Both the position numbers and the translations under genes were made by a program. The notes beneath the pieces were generated by a model that saw nothing but the letters and a program-made list of their open reading frames with translations, was not told where the DNA came from and searched no databases. Positions 18,973 to 28,042 of a stretch of DNA of 64,000 nucleotides are shown here, one piece after another (the first letter of the stretch is position 1; each line of letters begins with the position of its first letter). The stretch covers positions 25,765 through 89,764 of the forward strand of contig CAVULT010000004.1 of assembly GCA_963742235.1 (NCBI GenBank), read 5' to 3'. This DNA is from Candidatus Aminicenantes bacterium (lineage in GTDB: Bacteria > Acidobacteriota > Aminicenantia > Aminicenantales > Saccharicenantaceae).

Positions 18973-19907
18973 TGAAGAAGATATCGGCTCTGGCCCTGTT
19001 CGGCCTGTTCGTCCTGGCCCCGCTCGCGGCTCCGCCGGCGGCGCGGGCCGAGATCCGCTCCCAGAAAGAGATCACCATCGCCCCGGGCGAAACCCAGGAG
19101 GAGATCGTCAGCTTCGGCGGCCGCGTCCTCATCGAGGGCAAGGTCAAGGGCGACGTCGTGGTCATCGGCGGCTCCATCACCATCAGCGGCGAGGTCGGCC
19201 AGTCCGTGGTCGGCATCGGCTCCCGGATCGTCGTCAAGCCCACGGCCTCGATCGCCAAGGACCTGGCGGCGCTCGGCGGGACCCTGGTGAAGGAGCCCGG
19301 CTGCGCCATCGGCGGGGACACGATCTACTTCCAGACGCGCGAGCTCGGCGACAGGCTGTTCCGGGACGGACACCTCTTCAAGGGCGCTTTTTCCCTCTCG
19401 CTCATCCCGATCATCGTCGTCGTCAAGCTCGTCCTCATCTTCCTCTGGCTCATCGTCGCGGTGTTGGGCGCCGCCCTCGTCCCCAAGCCCGTCGCCTTCG
19501 CCGCCGGGGAGATCCGGAAGCATTTCTGGCCGGCGCTGGGGACCGGGATCGTGGCCATCCTCATCTTCACGGTGCTCGTCTTCTTCGCCGCCTTGCTGAG
19601 CTTCATCCTCATCGGCATCCCCATCGCCCTCGCGCTCGCCGTAGCCGGGTTCATCATCCAGGTGTTCGGCCGCCTGGCCGTCTTCTTCCTTCTCGGTGAA
19701 AGCGCCCTGCGGGCCCTCGGCTCGAAAAGCGTCTCCGCCATGGGCGCGGTGCTGATGGGCCTCCTCGTCTTCAGCCTGGCCGGGTTCGTGCCCGTGCTCG
19801 GCTTCCTGTTCACGTTCGTGATGAACGCCGTCGGCTGGGGGATCGCCATCCGGACGAAGTTCGGCTCGCGCGAGAACTGGTTCGTGAAGAAGCCGGCGGG
19901 TTGCTGA
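18969..19907 (+). CDS. Membrane protein with N-terminal polymer-forming/beta-helix-like repeats and a C-terminal multi-TM region
   Basis: The ATG overlaps the anti-sigma stop (ATGA). Signal peptide, then a GxVxGDVVVIGGSITISGEV-type repeat, then about 5 hydrophobic helices. Confidence 0.5.
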   Translation: MMKKISALALFGLFVLAPLAAPPAARAEIRSQKEITIAPGETQEEIVSFGGRVLIEGKVKGDVVVIGGSITISGEVGQSVVGIGSRIVVKPTASIAKDLAALGGTLVKEPGCAIGGDTIYFQTRELGDRLFRDGHLFKGAFSLSLIPIIVVVKLVLIFLWLIVAVLGAALVPKPVAFAAGEIRKHFWPALGTGIVAILIFTVLVFFAALLSFILIGIPIALALAVAGFIIQVFGRLAVFFLLGESALRALGSKSVSAMGAVLMGLLVFSLAGFVPVLGFLFTFVMNAVGWGIAIRTKFGSRENWFVKKPAGC

Positions 19908-19916
19908 CGAGGGCCG

Positions 19917-20474
19917 TCAGCGTTCTAAGATCTCTTTTTCTTTAGTCGCGGCCGATTCCTCGGCCTTGGCGACGGTCTCGTCGAGGAGCTTCTGGAGCTG
20001 CTCGATCCCCGAGAACTTGTCGTCCTCGGTGATCTCCTTCTCCTTTTCGAGCTCCTCGATGAACTCCTTGGCTTCGCGGCGCATGTTGCGCAGGGCCGTT
20101 TTTTCCTCCTCGAGCATCTTGCCGATCTTCTTGGCTATCTCCCGGCGGCGCTCCTCGTCGAGGGGCGGGATGGGGACGCGGAGGAGCTTGCCGTCGTTGA
20201 GGGGATTGAGGCCGAGGTCGGCCCCGCGGATGGCCTTGTCGACCGGCTCGAGCATCGAGGGGTCATAGGGCTGGACGACGATGAGGGTGGGCTCCGGGAC
20301 CTTGATGGTCGCGACCTGGTTGACCGGCGTGGGGACGCCGTAGTAGCTGACCTTGATCTCCTCGAAGATGCTGATATTGGCCCGGCCGGTCCGGAGCATG
20401 CCGATCTCCTTGCGGAAATGATCGGCCGAGGTCTTCATCTTCTTGGCCGTATCGGCGAGCGCGTCTTTGATCAT
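19917..20474 (-). CDS. frr: Ribosome recycling factor
   Basis: 185 aa. Reads ...MLRTGRANISIFEEIKVSYYGVPTPVNQVATIKVPEPTLIVVQPYD...LNPLNDGKLLRVPIPPL. Confidence 0.95.
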   Translation of the reverse strand: MIKDALADTAKKMKTSADHFRKEIGMLRTGRANISIFEEIKVSYYGVPTPVNQVATIKVPEPTLIVVQPYDPSMLEPVDKAIRGADLGLNPLNDGKLLRVPIPPLDEERRREIAKKIGKMLEEEKTALRNMRREAKEFIEELEKEKEITEDDKFSGIEQLQKLLDETVAKAEESAATKEKEILER

Positions 20475-20484
20475 GGTGTTCCTC

Positions 20485-21204
20485 TCAATAGACCCGCGTG
20501 CCGATGGCCTCGCCCATGACGGCCCGCTTGATGTTGCCGCCCTGGCCCAGGGCGAAGACGAGGATGGGCATGCCGTTGTCGCTGCAGAGCGAAATGGCCG
20601 TGGCGTCCATGACCTTGAGGCTCTTCTTGAGGACGTCGATGTAGCGGATCGTCTTGAACCGCCTGGCCGCCTTGTCGGTGACCGGATCGGACGAGTAGAC
20701 GCCGTCGACCTTGGTCGCCTTGAAGATGATCTCGGCCCCGATCTCGAGGGCGCGCTGGGCGGCGGCCGTGTCGGTCGTGAAGTAGGGGCAGCCGATGCCG
20801 GCCGAGAAGATGATGATCCGGCCCTTCTCCATGTGCCGGATGACCCGCCGGCGGATGAACGGCTCGGCCACGGACTTGATCTCGATGGCCGAGACGTGGC
20901 GCGTGTCGGCCCCGGCCTTGTCGAGGGCCGCCTGGAGGGCGATGCCGTTGATGACGGTGGCCAGCATGCCCATCTGGTCGGCCGAGCCCTGGTCGATGCC
21001 GTCCTTGATGCCCCGGGCGCCGCGGAAGAGGTTGCCGCCGCCGATCATGACGGCGACATCGACGCCGAGGTCGTGGACGTCCTTGATCTCGCGGGCGACG
21101 GCGAGGGCCCGGTCGAAATCGATGCCGATGGCGACGTCGCCGAGGAAGGATTCGCCCGAGATCTTGAGGAGGATGCGCTTGTAGGCAGGCTTGTTGGTGG
21201 GCAT
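20485..21204 (-). CDS. pyrH: UMP kinase
   Basis: YKRILLKISGESF...GGGNLFRG...ADQMGMLATVINGIAL, a typical PyrH sequence. Confidence 0.95.
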   Translation of the reverse strand: MPTNKPAYKRILLKISGESFLGDVAIGIDFDRALAVAREIKDVHDLGVDVAVMIGGGNLFRGARGIKDGIDQGSADQMGMLATVINGIALQAALDKAGADTRHVSAIEIKSVAEPFIRRRVIRHMEKGRIIIFSAGIGCPYFTTDTAAAQRALEIGAEIIFKATKVDGVYSSDPVTDKAARRFKTIRYIDVLKKSLKVMDATAISLCSDNGMPILVFALGQGGNIKRAVMGEAIGTRVY

Positions 21205-21287
21205 AGGCTTGGCTCCGGGCCGTATTCTATACCCGTTCGGGGCCGGAGTTCAATCCGCGGATTCCGCGGGCGTGATCCCGTCGAGCT

Positions 21288-21884
21288 TCAGTCCTGGCCG
21301 ATCTCGAAGCGCGCGAACCGTCCGATCTTGATGTTCTCGCCCATCTTGGCGATGAGCTGGGTGATGAGGTCGCGGACCTTGATCTTGTCCTCGCGGATGT
21401 AGGGCTGGTCGAGAAGGCAGACCTCCTCGAAGAACTTGCCGAGCTTGCCCTGGACGATCTTCTCCATGATCTCCGGCGGCTTCTTCATTTCGCCGAGCTG
21501 GGCCAGGATGATCTCTTTTTCCTTGGCCACGATGTCCGCCGGGACGTCGGCCGAGGCGATCCAGCGCGGCTTGGCCGCGGCGATCTGCAGGCCGAGCTCC
21601 TTGACCAGGTCCTGGAACTCGGAGTTGCGGGCGACGAAGTCGGACTCGCAGTTGACCTCGATGAGGACGCCGATGCGTCCGTTCATGTGGATGTAAGAGC
21701 CGACCAGGCCTTCCTTGGCGGCCCGGCTGGACTTGGCCTCGGCCCGGGCGTAGCCCTTTTTGCGCAGGAGCTCGATGGCCTTTTCCAGGTCGCAGTCGCT
21801 TTCGACCAGAGCGGCCTTGCACTCCATCATGCCGATGCCGGTCCTCTCGCGCAGTTCTTTGACTTTTTCAGCCGTGATTTCCAT
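21288..21884 (-). CDS. tsf: Translation elongation factor Ts (short form)
   Basis: MEITAEKVKELRERTGIGMMECKAALVESDCDLEKAIELLRKKG (UBA-like N-terminus). ATG at 21884; the longer ORF is read-through. Confidence 0.95.
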   Translation of the reverse strand: MEITAEKVKELRERTGIGMMECKAALVESDCDLEKAIELLRKKGYARAEAKSSRAAKEGLVGSYIHMNGRIGVLIEVNCESDFVARNSEFQDLVKELGLQIAAAKPRWIASADVPADIVAKEKEIILAQLGEMKKPPEIMEKIVQGKLGKFFEEVCLLDQPYIREDKIKVRDLITQLIAKMGENIKIGRFARFEIGQD

Positions 21885-21901
21885 GGTCTCCCCCTCGATG
21901 A

Positions 21902-22681
21902 TCAGGTCTCTTCGGGGATCTCGCCCTCGGGCGCTCCGCCTTCGGCGGGCGCCGCGGCCGCTTCGGCCGCCTTCTCCTCGAGGAGCTCCTTGCTGATCCG
22001 GTTCTTTTTGCCTTCGATGATCGACTCGGCGGCCTTCGAGGCGAACAGCTCGATGGCCCGCACCGCGTCGTCGTTGCCGGGGATGGGATAGGTGATGACC
22101 TCGGGGTCGCCGTTGGTGTCGACGACGGCCACGATGGGAATGTGCATCTTGTGAGCCTCGGCGATGGCGATCGTCTCCTTCGAGGAGTCGATGATGAAGA
22201 TCGCTCCGGGGAGCCCGGCCATGTTCTTCAGGCCGCCCAGGTTCTTCTGGAGCTTGCGGTAGACCTTCTCCTGCTTGGACTGGACCTTCTTCGACAGCAG
22301 GTCCCAGCGGCCGTCCTCCTTCATCTCCTCGAGCTCCTTGAGCTTGTCGACGCTCGTCCGGACGATGGCGAAGTTCGTCAGCAGGCCGCCGAGCCAGCGC
22401 TGGTTGACGTAGGCCGACTCGCACTTCGTGGCGTAATCGCGGACGATGTCCTGGGCCTGCTTCTTGGTGCCGACGAAGAGGATCATCTTGCCCTCTTCGG
22501 CGACGCCGCGGAGGTAGTTCAGGGCCTCCTTGAAGTTCTTGATCGTCTTCTGCAGGTCGACGATGTAGATGCCGTTCCTCTGGCCGAAGATGTATTCCTT
22601 CATCTTCGGGTTCCAGCGCTTGGTCTGGTGCCCGAAGTGGACGCCCGCTTCCAACAGTTCTTTCATCGTAACGGAAACCAA
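21902..22681 (-). CDS. rpsB: 30S ribosomal protein S2
   Basis: [41 protein letters not shown]... Confidence 0.95.
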   Translation of the reverse strand: MVSVTMKELLEAGVHFGHQTKRWNPKMKEYIFGQRNGIYIVDLQKTIKNFKEALNYLRGVAEEGKMILFVGTKKQAQDIVRDYATKCESAYVNQRWLGGLLTNFAIVRTSVDKLKELEEMKEDGRWDLLSKKVQSKQEKVYRKLQKNLGGLKNMAGLPGAIFIIDSSKETIAIAEAHKMHIPIVAVVDTNGDPEVITYPIPGNDDAVRAIELFASKAAESIIEGKKNRISKELLEEKAAEAAAAPAEGGAPEGEIPEET

Positions 22682-22695
22682 GATGAGCCTCCTCT

Positions 22696-23100
22696 TTAGC
22701 GCTTGTGGTACTGAGGAGCCTTGCGGGCGCCCAGCAATCCGTATTTTTTCCGCTCTTTGACCCGCGCGTCGCGCGTCAACAGACTGGCCGCCTTGAGCGC
22801 GGGCCTGAGCTCGCGGTTGAACTCGACCAGGGCCCGGGCGATGCCGAGCCGGACGGCCTCGGCCTGGGCCTTGGCCCCGCCTCCGCTGATCCGGAGGAAC
22901 ATATCGAACTTGTCCTGCGTCTCCGTGAGCAGGAGCGGTTGGCGGATGATGACCTTGTAGGCGTCGAGCTTGAAGTAATCACCGAAGGGCCGCGGCCTCT
23001 TGTTGACGAAGAGCGTGATATCGCCTTTGCCCGAACGCAGGAAGACCCGGGCGATGGCCGATTTCCTCTTCCCCGTTCCATAGTATTGGATCAGACTCAA
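22696..23100 (-). CDS. rpsI: 30S ribosomal protein S9
   Basis: [16 protein letters not shown]...[19 protein letters not shown]...RKAPQYHKR. Confidence 0.95.
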   Translation of the reverse strand: MSLIQYYGTGKRKSAIARVFLRSGKGDITLFVNKRPRPFGDYFKLDAYKVIIRQPLLLTETQDKFDMFLRISGGGAKAQAEAVRLGIARALVEFNRELRPALKAASLLTRDARVKERKKYGLLGARKAPQYHKR

Positions 23101-23109
23101 AGGGGCCTC

Positions 23110-23538
23110 CTAAAACTTGTATTCCTGGGGGTTCTGGGCTTCGTGCGGGTGGGAGGGTCCGCGGTAGACCTTGAGCTTCTTGTACAGGGCCCGGCCGAGC
23201 TTTCCCTTGGGGACCATGCCCCAGACGGCGTTCTTGATGACCTCCTCCGGCTTCGTGGCCAGGAGGTCCTTGAGGGTGATCTCCTTGATGCCGCCGGGGT
23301 AGAGGGAGTGGTGGTAATACTTCTTCTGATCGAGCTTCCGCCCGGTGACCTTGATCTTCTCGGCGTTGATGACGACGACGAAGTCCCCGGTGTCCAGGTG
23401 CCTCACGAACTGGGGCTTCCTCTTGCCGCGGATCAGGTCGGCGATCTCGGTGGCCAGGCGTCCGAGGATTCGGCCGTCGGCGTTGACCAGCCACCACTTC
23501 TGTTCGATCTCATCCTTTTTTGGAATATACGTCCTCAT
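23110..23538 (-). CDS. rplM: 50S ribosomal protein L13
   Basis: WWLVNADGRILGRLATEIADLIRGKRKPQF...GDFVVVINAEKI...YYHHSLYPGG. Confidence 0.95.
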   Translation of the reverse strand: MRTYIPKKDEIEQKWWLVNADGRILGRLATEIADLIRGKRKPQFVRHLDTGDFVVVINAEKIKVTGRKLDQKKYYHHSLYPGGIKEITLKDLLATKPEEVIKNAVWGMVPKGKLGRALYKKLKVYRGPSHPHEAQNPQEYKF

Positions 23539-23576
23539 GAGCTTCTAACCTTAAACGAGAGATAGAAAGACGACCT

Positions 23577-23605
23577 AAAATACTAAAATTCAGGAAAAAA
23601 GTCAA
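23577..23605 (-). promoter_or_regulatory. Candidate promoter of rplM-rpsI
   Basis: On the minus strand: TTGACT (23600-23605), 17 nt spacer, TATTTT (23577-23582). It lies about 40 nt upstream of the rplM ATG. Confidence 0.35.
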
Positions 23606-23661
23606 CTTTCACGCCAAGTCTGTCCCAAAAGCCCTTTCCCAGGCCGATACGGAGGACCGGG

Positions 23662-24656
23662 CTACTTCTTCAGCTCTTCCTCGAGCTTCTTGCGATCGGC
23701 GGCCCGCTTTCTCATCTCCGAGAACTTCTCGAGATAGCGGTCGCCCTCGGCGTTATAGCGGGCTTCCTTCTCGGGCTCGAGCTTGGCCAGAACGGCCTTA
23801 TAGAGAGGGCCCATCCAGGCATAGGGCTCGGGATAGTTCGGGTCGAGCTCGATGGCCTTGGTGATGGACTGCGAGGGCCTCCTGGGCCGTTCAACCTCTC
23901 CTGGTTGGTCAGGAACTGGAAGCGGAAGGACCGCGACCACTGGTTGACCCCCAGGGCCAGCATGGCCTCGGCGGAACTGGGCTGGAGGCTGATCCTCTTC
24001 TGCCAGAAATCGGCCGCCAATTTTCGAAGGACTTCAGCAGCTCCTCGGGGCCGCCGGCGACCTGTTCCAGGTAGGCCGCCATGTAGGCATAACCCTGAGG
24101 ATTGTCGGGGTCGGTCTCGATCCGGCGCAGGTACATGGATTCCGCCTTCTTGGCGACCACCGGCTTAGCGGCCGGAATAGCGCTTGTAGAACTCGGCGAC
24201 GACGTAGTAGTTGCTCATGTTCTCGGGCTGGAGCTCGATGATGCGGAGATAAAGCTTCTCGGCCTCGGGGAACTTCTTGAGCTTATCGTACATATCGCCG
24301 AGCGAGTAAATGATGTCTTTGTTGTCGGGCTCGATCTCGAAAGCCTTGGTCAGGGCGGCCAGGGTCTTCTGCTCGAGCTCCTTGTTGAGGGGCGTGTCGA
24401 CGCCGGGCTTGTAAAGCTGCTTGTAGCTCTCGCCCAGGAACCGGTACGCCTGGGTCATCTTGGGATTGTACTTGAGCGTGGCCTCGTATTCGGTGATGGC
24501 CTTCCGGTACTGGTTCTCCCGGAAGAGGCTGTTGGCCTTGCTGAAGTGATAGTTGGCGGAAAGCTTGGAATAGCTGATATCCTGGCAGCCGGTGAACGCG
24601 AAGACGACCGCGATCGCGGCTGCGGCGAACATAACTCTCTGGGTCTTTCGAGACAT
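23662..24656 (-). pseudogene. TPR-repeat lipoprotein broken into at least 4 frame segments (possibly artefact)
   Basis: MSRKTQRVMFAAAAIAVVFAFTGC (lipobox) plus TPR helices runs to a TAA at 24165. The TPR sequence then continues in other frames (ORFs 23909-24160, 23712-24020, 23662-23940). One switch sits at a T4 run at 24021-24024. Confidence 0.6.
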
Positions 24657-24759
24657 CCTGACCTCCTTACAGTCAAAGGCAAATCGCAGGGAAAGGCAAG
24701 AATCTACTTATAAACGATGCCCCCTCCAAAGTCAAGAAGAAAGGCCGGTCCTCCCGGCC

Positions 24760-26076
24760 TCAGCTCGTCCGGACGATGAGGCGGAGGGGCGTGCCGTAGA
24801 AGCCGAACTCCTGGCGCAACGATTCCAGGAAGTGCTTCTCGTAGGTCGGCGAGAGGGGGCCGCGGGCGCCCAGGAACAGGATGAAGGTCGGGGGCGAGAC
24901 CCCCTTCTGGGTGATATAGCGGAGCTTGGCCCTGGCCCCGCTCTTCAGGCGGGGCGGGTGAGCTTCGGTCGTCCGGGCCAGGAAACTGTTCAGCTTGGAC
25001 GTTTCGACCCGGATCGTGCCTCCCCGGTGAACCTCTTCGGCGGTGTCGAGGATCTTGACGATGCGCTGGCCCGTCCTGGCCGAGACGAACAGGAGCGGCG
25101 CGTAGGAGACAAAGCCGAGCTTGCGAAAGACCCGCTCCTTGACGGCGTCGGGCCGCACGGCGTCCTTGTCGACGAGGTCCCACTTGTTGAGGACGATGAG
25201 GAGCGGCCGGCCTGAATCGAGGGCCAGCTGGGCGATGCGGGCGTCCTGGCGGGTGGGGAACTCCTGGACGTCGAGGACGAGGCAGACGACGTCGGCCTGG
25301 CGGATGTTGGCCTTGGCCCGGACGATGCCCGCCTTCTCCCGGCCTCCCTCGGCCGAGGCCATCTTGCGGATGCCGGCCGTGTCGACGAGGCAGAAGGGCT
25401 TGCCGTCACGGAGGATGAGCGTATCGGTGCTGTCGCGCGTCGTGCCCGGGATCTCGCTGACGATGAGGCGCTCCTCGCCGAGGAGGCGGTTGACGAGGGA
25501 CGACTTGCCGACGTTGGTCCGGCCGACGATGGCGATGCGCAGCGGCTCCTCGGTCGCCGGGGCGGGCCCGCCGGCGGGCAGGACCGCGACGATGGCCTCT
25601 TCGAGGGCGCCGATGTTGATCTTGTGCTCGGCGGAGACGAAGTGGACGTCCTTCTCGCCGAGCCGGTAATAATCGGCCGTCATCGACTCCTCTTTCGCGG
25701 GGGAATCGAACTTGTTGACGACCAGGAGCAGCCGCAGGCCGCGCCGCTTGAGCCGGAGGTAGAGATCCTCTTCCGCCGGGGCGATGTCGCGCTTGCCGTC
25801 GAGGACGAAGAGGACGAGATCGGCCGCGGCCGCTTCGGCCAGGGCCTTCTCGCGGACCTTGTCGCTCAGGGGCTCGTCGGCGACGCCGAACAGGCCGCCC
25901 GTGTCGACGAGGGTGAAGCGCCGGCCGTCGAGCGTGCACTCGGCGGCGAGACTGTCCCGGGTCATGCCCGGATCGGAGTGGACGAGGGATTTCCGCCGGC
26001 CCAGGATGCTATTGAAAAGAGTTGATTTGCCGACGTTGGGGAAGCCGACGATGACCACCCGGGGGAGCTTCGTCAC
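24760..26076 (-). CDS. der: Ribosome-biogenesis GTPase Der (EngA)
   Basis: Two GTPase domains (GFPNVGKS...DTGG; GRTNVGKS...DTAG) and a KH-like C-terminus. A GTG start at 26076 avoids overlap with the upstream gene; the ATG at 26142 is the alternative. Confidence 0.9.
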   Translation of the reverse strand: MTKLPRVVIVGFPNVGKSTLFNSILGRRKSLVHSDPGMTRDSLAAECTLDGRRFTLVDTGGLFGVADEPLSDKVREKALAEAAAADLVLFVLDGKRDIAPAEEDLYLRLKRRGLRLLLVVNKFDSPAKEESMTADYYRLGEKDVHFVSAEHKINIGALEEAIVAVLPAGGPAPATEEPLRIAIVGRTNVGKSSLVNRLLGEERLIVSEIPGTTRDSTDTLILRDGKPFCLVDTAGIRKMASAEGGREKAGIVRAKANIRQADVVCLVLDVQEFPTRQDARIAQLALDSGRPLLIVLNKWDLVDKDAVRPDAVKERVFRKLGFVSYAPLLFVSARTGQRIVKILDTAEEVHRGGTIRVETSKLNSFLARTTEAHPPRLKSGARAKLRYITQKGVSPPTFILFLGARGPLSPTYEKHFLESLRQEFGFYGTPLRLIVRTS

Positions 26077-26089
26077 GGCTTGACCCGGG

Positions 26090-26686
26090 CTATCTCGCGA
26101 CCAGGGAATAATCGGGGAAAAAGGCCCGCGACAGGTCGACATGCCCGCCCAGGGTCTCCCTCTCCGCGCCCTCGACGAGAAGCACGACCTTCTTGACCGG
26201 CTTGAAATTGTAGACGAGCGTGTTGACGACGGAGTAAATCGCGGCCAGCTCCGAGGTCGAGCCGTAAGAGAAATTCTCGGCGATGTCCCGGCTGAAGTCG
26301 ACCGTCGCCAGCCCGTCCTTGGCGATGAAGACCTGGCGCACCCGGGTCCCGGGCGGAAGCGGCGAAACGAGGCCCTCCTCCGAGCCCCGGATGAGCTCGG
26401 CCAGGGCCCGCTCGGCCTCGTCGGCCTCGGTCGGGCCGGCGGTGATCTCGCGCGTCTCCTTGTGGAGGAGATCGTCGTCGGAGATGAAGAAGAGCGTCAC
26501 GGTCTTGGTCAGGGCCTTCTCGCCGGTCGTCTCGGCGCTTTTGGGGACGTTGGCCTCGACGAAGCGCTTGACCTTCTCCCCGCCCCCGCCGGTGAAGAAG
26601 ATGATGACGAGGACGAGCAGCACCAGGGTGAGGCCGCCCAGGATGAGCGCCGGCTTGGAGATGCCGCCTTTTCTGTTCTTGGCCAT
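26090..26686 (-). CDS. GerMN domain-containing protein
   Basis: N-terminal TM anchor, then LVSPLPPGTRVRQVFIAKDGLATVDFS...VKKVVLLVEG, typical of the GerMN domain. Confidence 0.65.
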   Translation of the reverse strand: MAKNRKGGISKPALILGGLTLVLLVLVIIFFTGGGGEKVKRFVEANVPKSAETTGEKALTKTVTLFFISDDDLLHKETREITAGPTEADEAERALAELIRGSEEGLVSPLPPGTRVRQVFIAKDGLATVDFSRDIAENFSYGSTSELAAIYSVVNTLVYNFKPVKKVVLLVEGAERETLGGHVDLSRAFFPDYSLVAR

Positions 26687-26692
26687 GGGGTC

Positions 26693-27481
26693 CTACTCGC
26701 GCACCTTGAGGAAGAGGGCCAGCCCGCGATAGATCGCCTCGGCGACTTTCGCCTGGAATTCGTCGGAGGCCAGCTTCTGCTCTTCGTCCGGGTTGGAGAT
26801 GAACGCCGCTTCGACGAGGACGGCCGGGCAGGCGACGCCGGTCAGGATCTTGAAGGGCGCCTGCTTGATGCCGCGGTTGCGCGTCCCGAGCATGGCATCG
26901 AGCTCCGCCTGGACGAGCTCGGCCAAACGGCTGCTCTCCTTGATGTAGGCGTTCTGGGCCATGTCCCAGAGGATCATCATCAGGTCGTCATCCGAGGAGG
27001 GGTCGATGCGGCTCTGGAGCGCCGAAGAGTTGTTCTCGAGGTAGGCCAGGCGCCGCGTGTCCTCGTCGGTCGCGTTGAGGCTGAGAAAGAACGTCTCCGA
27101 GCCGGCCGCCTTCCTTTGGACCGAGCCGTTGGCGTGAATGCTGATGAACAGGCCGGCCTTGCGGTTGTTGGCGATGGCCGAGCGGTTCTCGTTCGAGACG
27201 TCGACGTCGCGGTCCCGGGTCAGGACGACTTCGAAGCCCATGTCCTTCTCGATCAGGGCCTTGAGCTTGAGGCTGATGGCCAGGGTGATGTCCTTTTCGA
27301 GGTTGCCGAACTTGCCCTTGGCCCCGGTCTCCAGGCCGCCGTGGCCGGGGTCGATGACCACCGTCCGGAGGGCTTGATCCTGGGGCGCGGCGGCGGCAGG
27401 GCCCGGAAAGGCGGCGACCAGGGCGATGACGGCAAGAACGGCCACGGCCAGGGCCGTCCGGTTTATCTTGAAGAACCGCAT
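26693..27481 (-). CDS. N-acetylmuramoyl-L-alanine amidase (Amidase_3)
   Basis: VVIDPGHGGLETGA...LFISIHANGS...EAAFISNPDEE. Confidence 0.85.
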   Translation of the reverse strand: MRFFKINRTALAVAVLAVIALVAAFPGPAAAAPQDQALRTVVIDPGHGGLETGAKGKFGNLEKDITLAISLKLKALIEKDMGFEVVLTRDRDVDVSNENRSAIANNRKAGLFISIHANGSVQRKAAGSETFFLSLNATDEDTRRLAYLENNSSALQSRIDPSSDDDLMMILWDMAQNAYIKESSRLAELVQAELDAMLGTRNRGIKQAPFKILTGVACPAVLVEAAFISNPDEEQKLASDEFQAKVAEAIYRGLALFLKVRE

Positions 27482-27490
27482 GCTCGAATT

Positions 27491-27842
27491 TGGTGGAGGC
27501 GGCGGGAATCGAACCCGCGTCCGAAAGCATTCAACAGCAGGTCTCTACACGCTTATCCTCTTCATTGATCTCGTCCCGCGGCGCTCGAAGAGGAAAAGCA
27601 CCGTAGGACCAGCCCCGAAGGTGTTTCGCTCCCCGGCCTCAAGGCCGGACCGGTTCGCTATCCCGCCCGTTTGACGCTCCCGAAACCCTGCGGGAGGGGA
27701 TCCCGGGAACGGCGTGCCTTTCTATTAGGCCGCGACTGCTAAAGGTTCTGCAGTTAAATTGTTTCCACCAGTTTAGCGAGGTGGGTGGGACCTCGGCGTG
27801 CAACCTGTGTTTCATTACCTTCGTCGAAACCAGTTCGCCCCC
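27491..27842 (-). ncRNA. ssrA: tmRNA (SsrA)
   Basis: 5' GGGGGCGAACTGGTTTCGACG... and 3' ...GCGGGTTCGATTCCCGCCGCCTCCACCA. The acceptor stem has a G3-U70 pair. The internal tag frame reads ...AAC AAT TTA ACT GCA GAA CCT TTA GCA GTC GCG GCC TAA TAG (...NNLTAEPLAVAA, double stop). Confidence 0.9.
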
Positions 27843-27861
27843 AAACTCCTTTCAACTGCTT

Positions 27862-27890
27862 ATTATAGGATGGATGCCCGGACTTTTCAA
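27862..27890 (-). promoter_or_regulatory. Candidate ssrA promoter
   Basis: Minus strand: TTGAAA (27885-27890), 17 nt spacer, TATAAT (27862-27867). The -10 element is followed by about 19 nt up to the mature 5' end. Confidence 0.5.
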
Positions 27891-27894
27891 CTTC

Positions 27895-27975
27895 GAAGGG
27901 GTCAAACCTACGCGATGCCAGTTCCAGCGGCCAAAAAACCCGAAAGAATTGGCATCGCGTAGGTTTGACCCCTTC
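27895..27975. repeat. Perfect 26-bp-stem palindrome (H2) with a 29-nt loop
   Basis: GAAGGGGTCAAACCTACGCGATGCCA (27895-27920) pairs with TGGCATCGCGTAGGTTTGACCCCTTC (27950-27975). Confidence 0.9.
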
Positions 27976-28042
27976 TTGCCTTGTTGACTCTGCCATCCGG
28001 CCGCTCTATAGTCCGGAAGACACGTCCCCCAAGGAGAGTGAG

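Noticed and set aside
21250-22424. Extended ORFs overlapping tsf and rpsB (21250-21822, 21288-22424).
   Set aside because: The upstream parts are Arg/Gly/Pro-rich read-through in the rpsB region. tsf has a clear MEITAEKVKELRE start at 21884.
27754-27996. ORFs 27754-27996(-) and 27781-27987(+) between ssrA and the GH27 gene.
   Set aside because: They overlap the tmRNA 5' end, its promoter and the H2 palindrome. Their reciprocal 'GVKPTRCQF' peptides are palindrome translations.
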